64,000 bases of DNA from Felis catus (Eukaryota): NCBI RefSeq assembly GCF_018350175.1, contig NC_058368.1, forward strand, positions 111,416,001-111,480,000. The letters are read 5' to 3'. Shown one piece after another: positions 1-11,460 of this stretch (its first letter is position 1; the number at the start of each line of letters is the position of its first letter). The translations under genes and the position numbers were made by a program. The notes under the pieces are model-generated. The model had not been told where the DNA came from, did not search any database, and saw only the letters and a program-made list of their open reading frames with translations.

Positions 1-8
1 CATTTTTT

Positions 9-686
9 TGGGGCGCCTGGGTGGCTCAGTCAGTTAAGCGTCCGACTTCAGCTCAGGTCACGATCTCACGGTCCGTGAGTTCGAGCCCCGCGTCGGGCTC
101 TGGGCTGATGGCCCAGAGCCTGGAGCCTGCTTCCGATTCTGTGTCTCCCTCTCTCTCTGCCCCTCTCCCGTTCATGCTCTGTCTCTCTCTCTCTGTCTCA
201 AAAATAAATAAACGCTAAAAACATTTTTTTTAATGTTTATTTTTGACAGCGCACGCGCGCGCACGAGAGAGAGACAGACAGACAGAGCGTGATTGGGGGA
301 GGGGCAGAGAGAGAGGGAGACACAGAATTCGAAGCAGGCTCCAGGCTCCGAGCTGTCAGCACAGAGCCCGACATGGGGCTTGAACTCATGGACTGCGAGA
401 TCATGACCTGAGCTGAAGTCGGACACTCAACCAACTGAGCCACCCAGGCGCCCCTTTAAAATTTTTTTTTTTTTAACATTTAATTCATTTTTGAGAGAGA
501 GAGAGAGAGAGAAACAGAGCTTGAATGGGGGAGAGGCAGAGAGAGAGAAGGAGACAGAATCTGAAGCAGGCTTCAGGCTCTGAGCTGTCAGCACAGAGCC
601 CCTTGTGATGCTTGAACTCACAGACCACAAGATCATGACCTGAGCTGAAGTCGGACACTTAACTGACTGAGCCACCCAGGCGCCCC
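9..686. mobile_element. Three Can-SINEs: 9-220 (+), 224-454 (-), 461-686 (-)
   Basis: Each has a GGGGCGCCTGGGTGGCTCAGTC head (Pol III A box), a GTTCGAGCCC-type B box, a (CT)n tract and an AATAAA/poly(A) tail. Confidence 0.95.
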
Positions 687-850
687 TAAAATCCAAAAGG
701 TTCTTAAGGGGATGCCCTACATCTCCCTTGGGCTGGTGTCCCTCCTCCTCGCCTTGGAAGCAGCGGTGTTTACAGTTTCTCGGGCATCTGTCCGGAAAAA
801 GGTACGTGCACATTTACTGCTGACTTTGACACTTGTTCCTTTTACCACAG

Positions 851-1014
851 GACCTCATGGATTTTCTAAACCCAAACGGTAGTGACTGCACCCTAGTCCT
901 GTTTTACACCCCGTGGTGCCGATTTTCTGCCAGTTTGGCCCCTCATTTTAATTCTCTGCCCCGGGCATTTCCAGCTCTTCATTTTTTGGCACTGGATGCA
1001 TCTCAGCACAGTAG
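851..1014 (+). CDS. TXNDC15: TXNDC15 internal coding exon (thioredoxin-like domain; [54 protein letters not shown])
   Basis: Acceptor ttttaccacag|GAC at 850/851 and donor AG|gtatgt at 1014/1015; 164 nt. The translation carries the thioredoxin-like FYTPWCRFS (CxxS) motif and matches TXNDC15 as I recall it. Earlier exons lie upstream of the window. Confidence 0.96.
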
Positions 1015-1123
1015 GTATGTTCCCTCAATAGAGTTTACGTGTCATCCTTCCAGATGAGGGTTGCGGTTATTTGGAGGTCATCATCGGTTCAGTTAGAGGC
1101 AGAGCAGGTAGGTGTGGAGTAGC

Positions 1124-1143
1124 GGGGGGGGGGGGGGGGGGGG
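1124..1143 (+). repeat. G20 homopolymer
   Basis: Directly visible run, followed by tcggggg. Confidence 0.95.
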
Positions 1144-1489
1144 TCGGGGGATAGAGAGGGTGAGTGGTAAGGATTGTCAGACTTCTCAGGGAGCTGATGC
1201 CTCCCTCTCTGGAGGCCCGTTAAGAGGAGGGATTGTTCTCTGCATGGTGGAATTTAAAGGTTGCTCCGTCTGATGGCAGTGGAGGGGCCAGAGGATTATT
1301 TAGGGTTTTGGCCAGACTGAATTAGCAAAATTAGTGTCACAAGTGTGACCTTCCTGAGACTCAACCCCAGTTTAGGTTTCCACTCCTAATAGCCCAACTC
1401 AGCATCCATTTCTGTGTCGGCTAAGGATTTATTTCTTAACTTCTGTTATTTCTTTCCTTTCTTTTCCTCCCCCATTCTTCTTTCCTTTC

Positions 1490-1812
1490 TCTCTTTTTTT
1501 TTAAATGTTTATTCATTAAAAAAATTTTTTTCCTTATTTTTAAATTTTTTTAAATTTACATCTAAGTGAGTTGGCATATAGTGCAACAATGATTTCAGGA
1601 GTAGATTCCTTTAATTCCCCTTACCTATTTAGCCTATCCCCCCCTCCCACAACCCCTCTAGCACCCCCTCTGTTTGTTCTCCATATTTAAGAGTCTCTTA
1701 TGTTTTGTCCCCCTCCATGTTTTTATATTATTTTTGCTTCCCTTCCCTTGTGTTCATCTGTTCTGTGTCTTAAAGTCCTCATATGAGTTAAGTCATATGA
1801 TATTTGTTCTTT
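1490..1812 (-). mobile_element. L1 3' UTR fragment (carnivore type)
   Basis: T-rich tail, then tttacatc...gcatatagtgcaacaatgatttcaggagtagattcc. The same sequence at 14420 adjoins L1 ORF2 C-terminal homology. Confidence 0.85.
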
Positions 1813-2177
1813 CCTCTTGTTTACACTTATTCGTGCATGCATGTTTCTTAGTGGACAGTCAATAAATTAATACAAAGAATTAATTTAGCCCTTTAAAATG
1901 AAATTTACTTTTGTTATATATTGTTCCGTGGGCTTTGTCTTTTTTAGATGTTCAGTGAGGTAAGTTATAAAGAACTACTTTGTTCTGATGTTATGTGTTT
2001 CCCCCAAGTGCTGTGACTGTGCATGGATTGTCAAGTGTGCCCCACCTCCTCAAAATCATATGCCCTTTAGCAGATCACAGGAGATTGTGTGTGAGTCAGT
2101 TTGGAAAGTCTGGAACATGGTCAAGTTGGTAAAAATGAAGTTGAGTAAAACTTTTTGAGTAAAAATTAAAAAAAAAA

Positions 2178-2196
2178 TTTTTTTTTAATGTTTATT

Positions 2197-2235
<39 letters not shown>

Positions 2236-2416
2236 GAGACAGAGACAGAGTGCGAGCAGGTGCAGGACAGAGAGAGAGGGAGACAGAATCTTAAGCAGGC
2301 TCCAGGCTCCGAGCTGTCAGCACAGAGCCCGACACAGGGCTTAAACTCAGGAACAGTGAGATCATGACCTGAGCTGAAGTCAGATGCCTAACCGAGTGAG
2401 TGACCCACGCGCCCCT
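2178..2416 (-). mobile_element. Can-SINE
   Basis: Poly(T), (GA)n and reverse-complement SINEC body. Confidence 0.93.
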
Positions 2417-2889
2417 TGAATGAAAATTTTGAGTAAAAATTTGCGCTCCACTGAGCTTCAGGGAGGGTAATGTAACTGCCAATGTTTTGCACAAATTGTT
2501 TAGGAAGAAAGAAATTTCAGTGAGTTAGTGATCTCACAAGGGCTTCAGGGAAATATGAACATGGCCTGGCCCAAGGGGACAGACTGATGGGAAGGACAGT
2601 CTAGGTTAGTGTCAGACTTTGGGCCTTCCCCTGCCCACAAGCTGGCAGGGCTGGCTCCCATCAGCAGTTTAGTGCTCCGGGTTTCGGTCTCACCCGCCTA
2701 CTCCCCATTCCCTGCCAGCTTTTATCTTCTGCTTTGTTCCTTCGTCTTCTTGCATCCTTCTCAGCGCCTGCAACAGCGCCTTAATCATGGAGACTAGGGC
2801 ATACTTGTTATATGGCCTGGGACGTGTGTCTGCCTCATATGTTAATATTTAAGTTACAACAGGTTTACAAAAGAAGAAATCCTGATTAC

Positions 2890-3030
2890 CCAATACTGTC
2901 ATTTTACAAACAGGGGAAACTGAGGCTTCGAGGTTACACAGTCTGCCTAAAGTTCACACAGCTGGTTCAGTGGCGGAACGGAGGCTTCAACCTGAGCGTT
3001 TTGACTCCAGAGCATATACCACTACTCTGT
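2890..3030 (-). mobile_element. MIR
   Basis: MIR core cattttaca...ggaaactgaggct...ttcacacagct. Confidence 0.7.
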
Positions 3031-3309
3031 ATTATGTAAAGGTGAAATGGTACCACTCAGATCGTATTACATCCTGCCCCAATTGGGAACTTCCTGGTGT
3101 GTCTGCTAGATCATAGATTCCCTTGTGCAGACTTACCAAACTAATTGCTTACTATAAGTTGACTCTTGTATGAGGGATAGAGCTGGGCATTCTGGAGAGT
3201 TTGAAATTTCTTCCGTTAAGTAAATTGACACAGTGTGCTTTGTCCATGAATTAGGATTTTCTAGTCTGATCTCTTTTGGCAGTTAGCAATTTAAACAGTG
3301 GAATAACTA

Positions 3310-3639
3310 GGAGCATCTGGCTGGCTCCTAGTAAGAGCATGTGAGCATGTGACCTTTGATCTTGGGGTTGTGAGTTGGAGCCCAATGTTGGATGTAGAGT
3401 TTACTAGAAAAAGAAATACTGGAGGGGCAGCTGGGTGGCTCAGTCGGTTGAGTGTCTGACTCTTGATTTCACCTCAGGTCAGGATCTCATGGTTCGTGGG
3501 ACCGACCCCTGCATCTGGCTCTGTGCTGACACTGTGGAGCCTGTTTGGGATTCTGTCTCTCCCACTCCCTCTGCCCCTCCTTTGCTCTCTCACTCTCTCA
3601 TTCTCTCTCTCAAAATAAATCAATAAACTTTAAAAAAAA
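3310..3639 (+). mobile_element. Two tandem Can-SINEs (3310-3418 older type; 3424-3639)
   Basis: SINEC heads and tails; flanked by a repeated aacagtggaataact/aaaagtggaataact target-site sequence. Confidence 0.88.
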
Positions 3640-3891
3640 GTGGAATAACTGTGTTGAGGGTAGTTCCTTATTGTAATAGAAAGCAACTCAGCAGAACAGG
3701 AATGCCCCCAACCTCAACCCATAAGGAAAAAGGTCAGAAATAGCTGAAGCATATAGTTTGAATATCAGAAACCTTTACAGGTCACAGGAAGCTGATCCAT
3801 TGTCATTCATTGCTCTCCGTTCTGATAAGGTAACTGTGTGAGAAAATCTGCTGTTAATTCAGGTTTTCTGACTGACTTCTTTCTCTCATAG

Positions 3892-4022
3892 TCTTTCTAC
3901 CAGGTTTGGCACCGTAGCTGTTCCTAACATCTTGTTATTTCAAGGAGCTAAACCAATGGCTAGATTTAATCATACAGACCGAACATTGGAAACACTGAAA
4001 ATCTTCATTTTTAACCAGACAG
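3892..4022 (+). CDS. TXNDC15: TXNDC15 penultimate coding exon ([44 protein letters not shown])
   Basis: Acceptor ttctctcatag|T and donor ACAG|gtatgt; 131 nt. Phase continues exactly from the previous exon (AG+T = Ser). Contains the thioredoxin-fold VP motif. Too short to appear in the ORF track. Confidence 0.96.
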
Positions 4023-4112
4023 GTATGTAGAAATAATATGCTGTAGAAGGGATTTTATTTTAAACCTTCTTTTCTAATGAACTGTTGTGGTTCTGCTAAC
4101 AGTCTCTCAATC

Positions 4113-4555
4113 AGGGGCATCCAGGTGGCTCAGTTGATTAAGCATCTGACTCTTGGTTTTGGCTCAGGTCATGATCTCACAATTCATGGGATCAAGTCCC
4201 TCGGCAACAGTACAGAGCCTGCTTGGGATTCTCTCTCTGCCCTCCCCTTCCTTCACCACTGCCCCTCCCCCCCCCCACCCCCCCCCCCCCCCATCTCCGC
4301 TGTTACATTCTCTCTCAAAATAAATAAATTAAAAAAAAAAGTCTCGAGGCACCTGGGCAGCTCAGTCAGTTAAGCATCTGACTTCAGCTCAGGTCAGTGG
4401 TTTCGAGCCCTGCATCGGGCTCTGTGCTGACAGCTCAGAGACTGTAGCCTGCTTCTGATTCTGTGTCTCCCGCTCTGTGTTCCTCCCCTCCTTGCACTCC
4501 CTCTGTCTCTCTCTCTCAAAAATAAATAAACATTAAAACAAATTAAAAAAAAAAA
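4113..4555 (+). mobile_element. Two tandem Can-SINEs (4113-4340; 4347-4555)
   Basis: SINEC bodies with AATAAA/poly(A); a tctcaatca TSD brackets the pair. Confidence 0.9.
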
Positions 4556-4609
4556 TCTCAATCATTGTGGCAAGCTTAACATGAATAGGTAATTTTAATG
4601 AGTACTGAT

Positions 4610-5280
4610 ACCTTTTAAAAAACAGCTTTATTGATTTAGAATTCACATACCATACAACTGTAGATAACTTTTTACATACATTTTTCACTTAAGTATAATA
4701 TTTACACAAAAATGTGCATCAGTCATTGGTGTTGTGAGTGATGAGTTTTCACAAAATGAATACCTTGGGTAACTGGGACTCAGATTTACAGAGGACATTA
4801 CCAGCACCTGCCCCTCCCCAGCACTGCTGCTCCTGCCCACAAGGATAACCGCCATCATGACTCCTGACGCCGTGGACTAGTGTTACCTGTTTCTGAACTT
4901 TATATTAATGGAGACATACAGTATGGATTCTTTTTTTTTTGTTTGTTTTTAATGTTTATTTTTGGGAGTGAGTGAGTGAGCATGAATGTGGGAGGGGCAG
5001 AGAGAGAGGGAGACGGAGGATCTGAATGAGGCTCTGTGCACAGTCATTGCAGAGCCTGATGTAGGGCTTGAACTCATGAACTGTGAGATCGTGACCTGAG
5101 CTGAAGTTGGACGCTTAGCCGACTTAGCCACCCAGGTGCCCAGTATGGATTCTTTTGTGTCTGGTTTATTTCAGTCACCATTATGTTTGTGGGATTCATC
5201 GGCGTCACTGCACTGCAGGTGGTTGTATTTTCTTCCTTTGTGTTGCCATGTGGTGTTCCATTTATTCATCTATTTGCAGA
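4610..5280 (-). mobile_element. Old L1M-type 3' fragment interrupted by a Can-SINE (4930-5141, TSD cagtatggattctttt)
   Basis: aacagctttattga...aattcacataccata motif typical of L1M 3' ends. The SINE TSD is visible on both sides. Confidence 0.7.
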
Positions 5281-5772
5281 TGCTATTTTAATTCCTTAAT
5301 ATTTGCCAAAACATATGACCTTATTTTTTATTCTGTATAAGTCTGAACACTGTATAATAAGAAATTTTCTTCTTTGGAAACATTTGCTCCTTAGAAGCTT
5401 TAATGCCTTAATTAGGAGCATCCCACTTCTTCCTGAAGTAAATTCATTGGAAATAAAAATAAGTTATATCATGCCTTCCATATATATTAAGTTGCATCTA
5501 ATTATATCTATACTAAAGAACCAAGAGCTCAGTTACCTCATAGGAGTAAGAGGCTTGTTATCAGATAGTTAGCTATTCAGGTCTTAAAGTACCAGAGCCC
5601 TGATTATCAATCAGATTGATAGGGAGAGAGGGAGCCATTTTGCTCAATGCTCTAAGAAAACCTAGAACACAAGTGAAATTGAGAGGTCACAGCATCTTTG
5701 GTAATCACTGATCTCAGTGGTGGGTAGTTCTAACAATTTTTTCAGTAAATTATTTAAAAGCTTTTTGAATTT

Positions 5773-5982
5773 GGGGCCCCTGGGTGGCTCAGTCAATTAA
5801 GCATCCAACTTTGGCTCAGGTCATGATCTCACGGCTTGTGGGCTCGAGCCCTGCATTGGGCTCTGTGCTGACTGCTCAGAGCCTGGAGCCTGCTTCAGAT
5901 TCTGTGTCTCCTTCTCTCTGCCCCTCCCCCACTTGTGCTCTGTCTCTTTCAAAAATTAAAAAAAAGAAAATTAAAAAAAAAC
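5773..5982 (+). mobile_element. Can-SINE
   Basis: SINEC head, body and A tail. Confidence 0.92.
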
Positions 5983-6360
5983 AACTTTTTGGATTTAGCA
6001 TTCCTGAACCTGTGAAAACATTCTGTAGGTCCCTGAGAGTAGCTTTACCAGTTACTTGTTGAATTTTGGTCTCAAAAAAGAAAATACAGCTCTTAACAAT
6101 GCACTAAGACCCTTCTGAGGAGTTCAGTCATTAGAGTGTTTAGGCTTTGAACTGCTGAATGGGTTCCTGTTTCTTTGATGTGGTGGGAGAAAGGCAAGGT
6201 ACAAATTATACCAACAGGCAAATGAAACCCATCCCAGATATACTAGTGGTAGTGTTTATTTTAAGACTGCATATCTTTTTGCATGCCATGCAAAATACTT
6301 CAGAAAGATCTATAGCGGTGTGCTTTCTATCTGATTTGAAACAGCTGATTTCTCTTTCAG

Positions 6361-6557
6361 GTATAGAAGCCAAGAAAAATGTGGTGGTAACTCAAGCTGA
6401 CCAAATAGGCCCTCTTCCCAGCACTTTGATAAAAAGTGTGGACTGGCTGCTTGTATTTTCCTTATTCTTTTTAATTAGTTTTATTATGTATGCTACCATT
6501 CGAACTGAGAGCATCCGGTGGCTCATTCCAGGACAAGAGCAGGAGCATGCGGAGTAG
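6361..6557 (+). CDS. TXNDC15: TXNDC15 last coding exon (GIEAKKNVVVTQADQIGPLPSTLIKSVDWLLVFSLFFLISFIMYATIRTESIRWLIPGQEQEHAE*)
   Basis: Acceptor tctctttcag|GT; G+GT = Gly keeps the frame. Hydrophobic C-terminal TM segment WLLVFSLFFLISFIMYATI. TAG at 6555-6557. It is the 3' part of ORF 6159..6557. Confidence 0.96.
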
Positions 6558-6888
6558 TGATGGACTAAAAGAAGTCGGATGAGGAATTTCAGAAATTAAT
6601 GCTGCACTTTCATACATTTTCTCCAGCGAAGTGTCCTCTTACAACTTCAGGCAGATTAAAAGAATCATGCATTTGTTGAACTGTTAAATGTGTTAAAAAT
6701 TATAAATTGTTTTAATTAATACTGCAATAAGCAAATGCAAAAATACTTGGTAGAGTTCACTATTGTTGTTTTTAATAATCCAATATTTTAAGAGAGTAAT
6801 CCAGTTTGAAATGCAAAGCTGTGTTCAGGTGGTATGGTGAGTAGAATGACAGTACACGTTACAGTTTTAGAAAACTCTTGATTCCTTA

Positions 6889-6894
6889 AATAAA
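6889..6894 (+). terminator. Candidate TXNDC15 polyadenylation signal (AATAAA); ATTAAA variant at 6656-6661
   Basis: AATAAA about 330 nt after the stop, followed by a GT/T-rich tract (ggttgtttttcttttc). Usage cannot be shown from sequence. Confidence 0.45.
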
Positions 6895-7609
6895 TGTCTA
6901 AGAAGGTTGTTTTTCTTTTCATTTGCAATTTTGCTCTCAGTCTGTAATCAGGAAAGTGTTCTGTTAGGAAGAATAAGTAGAATCGGTAAGTGTGACCTTC
7001 TGAGTAACTGTTGGGAAAATGGAAGAGTCAATTGCTTTGGTGTTTGTGATCTCTCATTTCACCGAAAGAATATGAAGTGCTTTAAGCTGTTTCTGGATAA
7101 GGTAGATGTTAGGAGAAAGTAAATGTTGTTACCTAACTAAAGCTTATTTATTATCAGTTCTAGGCTAAAGCATAACTCAAATTTTAGTCACAATTCCCTA
7201 ACCGGCATGCATTAACTGAACCTTAATATGTTTTTAGCACTGTGCTAGTTTCAGTGAGAGCCATAAGAAATATCTAACACTGTTCTTGCCCACAAGTTGA
7301 TTCTATTCTAGTGTAGATCACATGTAGAAAAGAGAGAACATACAATTTATTCCAACGTTTTGGAAAGCTCCTTCTAAAAGATCCCTTAAATTCAGACATG
7401 ACATCTAACTACAAAATGATAATTTTATACTGTTTACAGTGTTATAGAGTATTTCATTTTCTAATGCACCCTACATTCTATGGAAGTGGAACCGTAGTTG
7501 AGTCACCTTTCAGAATGTTACACTGGACAGGAGTTTATGTATAACTTTATATTGTGGACAGCTGTGGCTGGAGTGGTCACTCACAGGAGAGGACACTGGT
7601 TCAGAACAG

Positions 7610-8000
7610 TACCATTATGATTTTCATTTTACAAATAAACACACTGAGGCATAGAAAGAGATTGAGTAACTTGCCCAGGTTACACACATAGTAAGTTGTT
7701 GAACCTGAGATTTGAACCTTTACATATATGTGTATGTATACTTAAGAATTTAAGAAGAACTTCTAGTGATTCCATCTTTTATAACAACTAACACTCGAGT
7801 ATTACTATGTGTGTTCCAGGTACTATTTTAAGTGCTTTACATACTCTGTTTTGTTTACTGGTATAGGAGCTCTAGGAGACTGACACTAGTATTACATTTC
7901 CTTATTTTACATAAGGGTAATAAATGAGGCCTCAAGTAACTTCTCTTGGTCAGGCAGCTTCCAGTGGTGGGACCCAGCTTCAAACCTAAGCATGCTGACT
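7610..8000 (-). mobile_element. Two MIR fragments
   Basis: cattttaca...actgaggc...gagtaacttgcccaggtt and a second similar core near 7900. Confidence 0.65.
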
Positions 8001-8734
8001 GGAGGAGCCTCTGGTGGGCTGGGACCTTGCCCTGCCTCTATGCCGTGGCCTGAGGGACCATCATAATACATTTCCCTCTCATTTTTCCCCTTTGCTTCCC
8101 ATAGTTATAATTACAGTATAGCCATCACTTAGCACTTTGGTCTTTTTATTTTGTTTTGCTTAACAAATAAATATTTCACTGTTGCAAGTAGTTTTCCTAA
8201 CCATGATTACTTAATAGGTCTTTGAGTAGATTCAGCATTACTTAACTTTTTTTTTTTTTAATGGTTGTGTATTGTCTCAATTCCTTAGGGGCACACTGCC
8301 AGATTGGAGATTATCAAAGATACAGGTATTTTCATACCTTTGAAATGTAAGGGGGCCCTACTCTAGTCTGGAGTTTGAGGAAAGGCTCTTAGGATGACTA
8401 AAAGATCCATGGCTTTGCTTCTAGTACTTAGCTGAGACAATCTTTCTGGGTTTGCCTTGAAGGGAAATTGGAGCAGGGCTGTTCCCTAGACAGGAGGTTC
8501 AAGCGTAGAGAGATCAGTTGGGAGGCAATGGTACTGAAGGAAAGGGAAGCAGAAGGCAGGAAGGAAGGTCCAAGAGTTACTAAACCACCCTAGCCAAACA
8601 TAGTATCTGTCTAGCAGAACACAGTGCACTGGTACCCATGCCAGGGATGGGGAGGGCCGTGATTCAACTACATGGAAGACAGCAAAGATCATGCTAGTCA
8701 CCAGGGACAGAAGTCCAAACACTTCTGCCTACTA

Positions 8735-9169
8735 TGTAGTATCGGTTGCCAAGGAAAACACAACACAAGCACTGGATGAACAGCATTTTTACTCACAGAA
8801 GAGACACAGCCAAGATCAGCTCCAGTAGTGTGCCTTGGTCCTCCACAGCAGCCAAAGGCCTGAGTGCCACTCTAGTGCCTAAGCACAAGTCACCCCTACC
8901 CATGGAGTGTGAAATACTGAAACGGGGTGGGGGAGCATGCCCCAGGGATATCTGACTTAGTGCTTAATCTGAACAAAGGATTACATACTGAGTCTGGCAC
9001 AGGGAAGGATATTCCCACATAAGGTGATAAGCCCAGAACAGGCTACATAGGCTCTTTAGGACTATTGGTAAGCAAGTATTCTAGGCCCAAGGCCTATTCT
9101 TATTTAGTTGAGTAGGGCTTAAAGGACTGTGAGGAGGAGACTGCCTTTCCCAAGAGTGTCCACTATACA
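8735..9169. mobile_element. Possible old ERVL/MaLR-class solo LTR
   Basis: Begins tgtagt and ends near actataca (TG...CA-like termini), with LTR-like composition. Family not identified. Confidence 0.3.
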
Positions 9170-9908
9170 GGAAGTGCTCAATTTTTGCTAAAGAACTTAA
9201 ATCCTACTAATTGGAGACCTACACAAGAAGGCAGATTATTCACAGCCACTACTGGTAGACATCACTTCCTCTGGGTCCTACTGGCATTACTACTGCTGCT
9301 TTTCATAACTAGACCCGAGATGCCACAGTTTCCTACAGTGGATTTAGGGAAGGAAAATGATGAGGACTCTTGTTACCTCACACCTACCAGTTTCATTTTG
9401 CAGTTCTCACTTTAATAAGCAAATTTGTAGAATACAAACTTGTATTGTATTCCCCCAATTAGGTACTGGAAATAAAATGCAACTTTCAATTCCATCCCCA
9501 GTCTCTGCCCACCTGAGACATCAGGCAAAGGAATCCTGGGTGTCTTAGATGAATGTCTTGAGACCAGTGGTATTTGATCAGGGTCTGGAGATTCCTCCCT
9601 TGAGTTTTTGTCAAGTGGGCAAAAGCTAAAAAGGTGGGTTGTGGAAGAAGTCTTAATTTTAGCATATTTTAAGGCAAAAAGTCTTTTCCCCACAACTCCA
9701 TATTGGGAACTATAACTGCTAGCGACTGCTAAGGTGAACTGATTGGACTCTCATATATTGCTAAATCCTATGCAAAACTGATTACTTTGCTTAAACTGGT
9801 AAAAAAAAGGTACAAGTGAATATACTAAAAACCAGTGAATTGTACGCTTTTAAAAGGTGAATTTTATGATACGTGCTATTACATTAAAAGAAAAAAAAAA
9901 AGGCAACT

Positions 9909-10093
9909 GGGGCGACTGGGTGGCTCAGTTGGGTAAGCGTCTGACTCTTGATTTAAGCTCAGGTCATCATCTCAGTTTGTGAATTTGAGCCCCGCATCGG
10001 GCTCTGCCAGTGCGGACCCTGCTTGGGATTCGCTGTCTCTCCCTCTCTCTGCCCCGCCCCCGTGTGCTGTCTCAAAATAAACAAACTTAAAAA
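9909..10093 (+). mobile_element. Can-SINE
   Basis: SINEC head ggggcgactgggtggctcag and aataaa tail. Confidence 0.9.
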
Positions 10094-10329
10094 GGCCATG
10101 AAAAAGGAATAAGAAAATATTAGCAAATACCTATGTAAAAGAATACCCCCCCCCCCAATAATAATTAGTAAATCTATCTACTACATACCTGGAGTGCCTA
10201 CTATGAGCGATTTTTTAGAGAGCACTAAGAGCCAGGTTTCCAGATTGTCGTATGTGGGCCAGCAGAGAGGAGCCAGCGTGCCAAGGCCTCAGCAGCTAGG
10301 GAAAAAGACACAGCAGGGTTTACGTTCGC

Positions 10330-11460
10330 AGCCTCGGCTCCCTACCTTACAAGCCCCGTTCGGAACCACTATGGTTCCTGGCCCTCCGCGAGCAGCAAGT
10401 GGAGCGTTGCCCGAGCACCCACCCGCAGCTCATCGCCTCCTGTCCCCGCCCGCGACGTCCTGCCGCCGGCGCTGGCTCTTCGCCTCACCGCCCAGGAGGG
10501 AGCTCGGCACAGGCTGTCCGTGAGTGTGCGGCCAGCGGGGCGGACGCCGAAGAGCCGATCCGGAGGTCACACCTGAGCGCCCAATGCAACGCGGCGCGCA
10601 AGCTAGCCGGCCCACTCTGCCGCACGGGAGCGAAACGAATCCCGTGCAAGCACCAAGCGACGGGCGCGGAGCGGGACCTGAGAGCGCGAGGGCCTGCGGG
10701 GGCCTGCCGCACCGGCCGGTCGGCTGCCAGCGCCATCTGCGGCCTCGGAGCTCCCGGGGGCCTTCCGGGGCTGGCCGCGCGGGGCCCCGCGGGACGGCCT
10801 GACCGGAGGCTGAGGGCCCTCCGCACTGTCCTCGGCTCCCAGCCGGGCCCCGCGGACGCCAGCGGACGGCGCGCAGGCAGCGCGCCGGGCAGCCCTCGAC
10901 CCGTGGCTATGGCGGCGGCGCGGGGGGCGCGGGGGCCGCTGCGACTCCTGTTCGCGATGCTGCGGGGCCGGGCGGTAGGCTTCTCGGCCAAGGTGAGTGC
11001 CGGGGCCCGCGGTGCGGGAGGCGGAGGGACGGGCCCGGGCCACCCCCTAAGGCCTCGGACCTTGATGGGGAGGCGTTCGGGTGCGGGGCACCATCGTCTC
11101 CTCCTGGCTTACAGATCCCGTTGTTGGCTACGAAAACTGCTGTCCGGAAAACAAAAACAAAACAAACAAAACAAACAAAACAAAAACCGAGGGCGAGTTT
11201 TGTTAAAGTACGAAAAGTAGTTGTAAAACTATGTGATGCTTAGAGTCACTTGAAATGACGAAAGACGCTGTGCCGCTAGATTGTGCGCTCGCTGAGAGCA
11301 GGAACTGGCTCCGGCAGGGCGCGCTCGCCGGAAACTCGCTGAGTTAACTCATTTGTTTGGGTGTGATGTTTTTGGAGGAATTATTAATAAATTATCTTTT
11401 TTTTTTGTCGTGACAAGTCTATTGCTCTTTCGTCTTCCGCGCGGCGTTCCGTCAGTTTTT
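10330..11460. promoter_or_regulatory. CpG island / PCBD2 promoter
   Basis: Very GC- and CpG-rich stretch in an otherwise CpG-depleted window, spanning the PCBD2 ATG and exon 1. GC box (ccccgccc ~10444) and CCAAT (10581) lie upstream of the ATG. Confidence 0.9.
10909..10992 (+). CDS. PCBD2: PCBD2 exon 1 coding part (MAAARGARGPLRLLFAMLRGRAVGFSAK)
   Basis: gctATGG Kozak context inside the CpG island and a consensus donor AAG|gtgagt. 84 nt, phase 0, joining in frame to exon 2. The peptide is Arg/Ala/Leu-rich with no acidic residues, like a mitochondrial presequence. Confidence 0.88.

Noticed and set aside
6159..6360. N-terminal extension of ORF 6159..6557
   Set aside because: Intronic read-through upstream of the strong acceptor at 6360.
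10194..11220. Long overlapping ORFs (273, 168, 146, 109 aa) at the CpG island
   Set aside because: Stop-codon scarcity in GC-rich DNA gives low-complexity Ala/Arg/Gly/Pro products. Only 10909-10992 is supported by splice signals and family resemblance.
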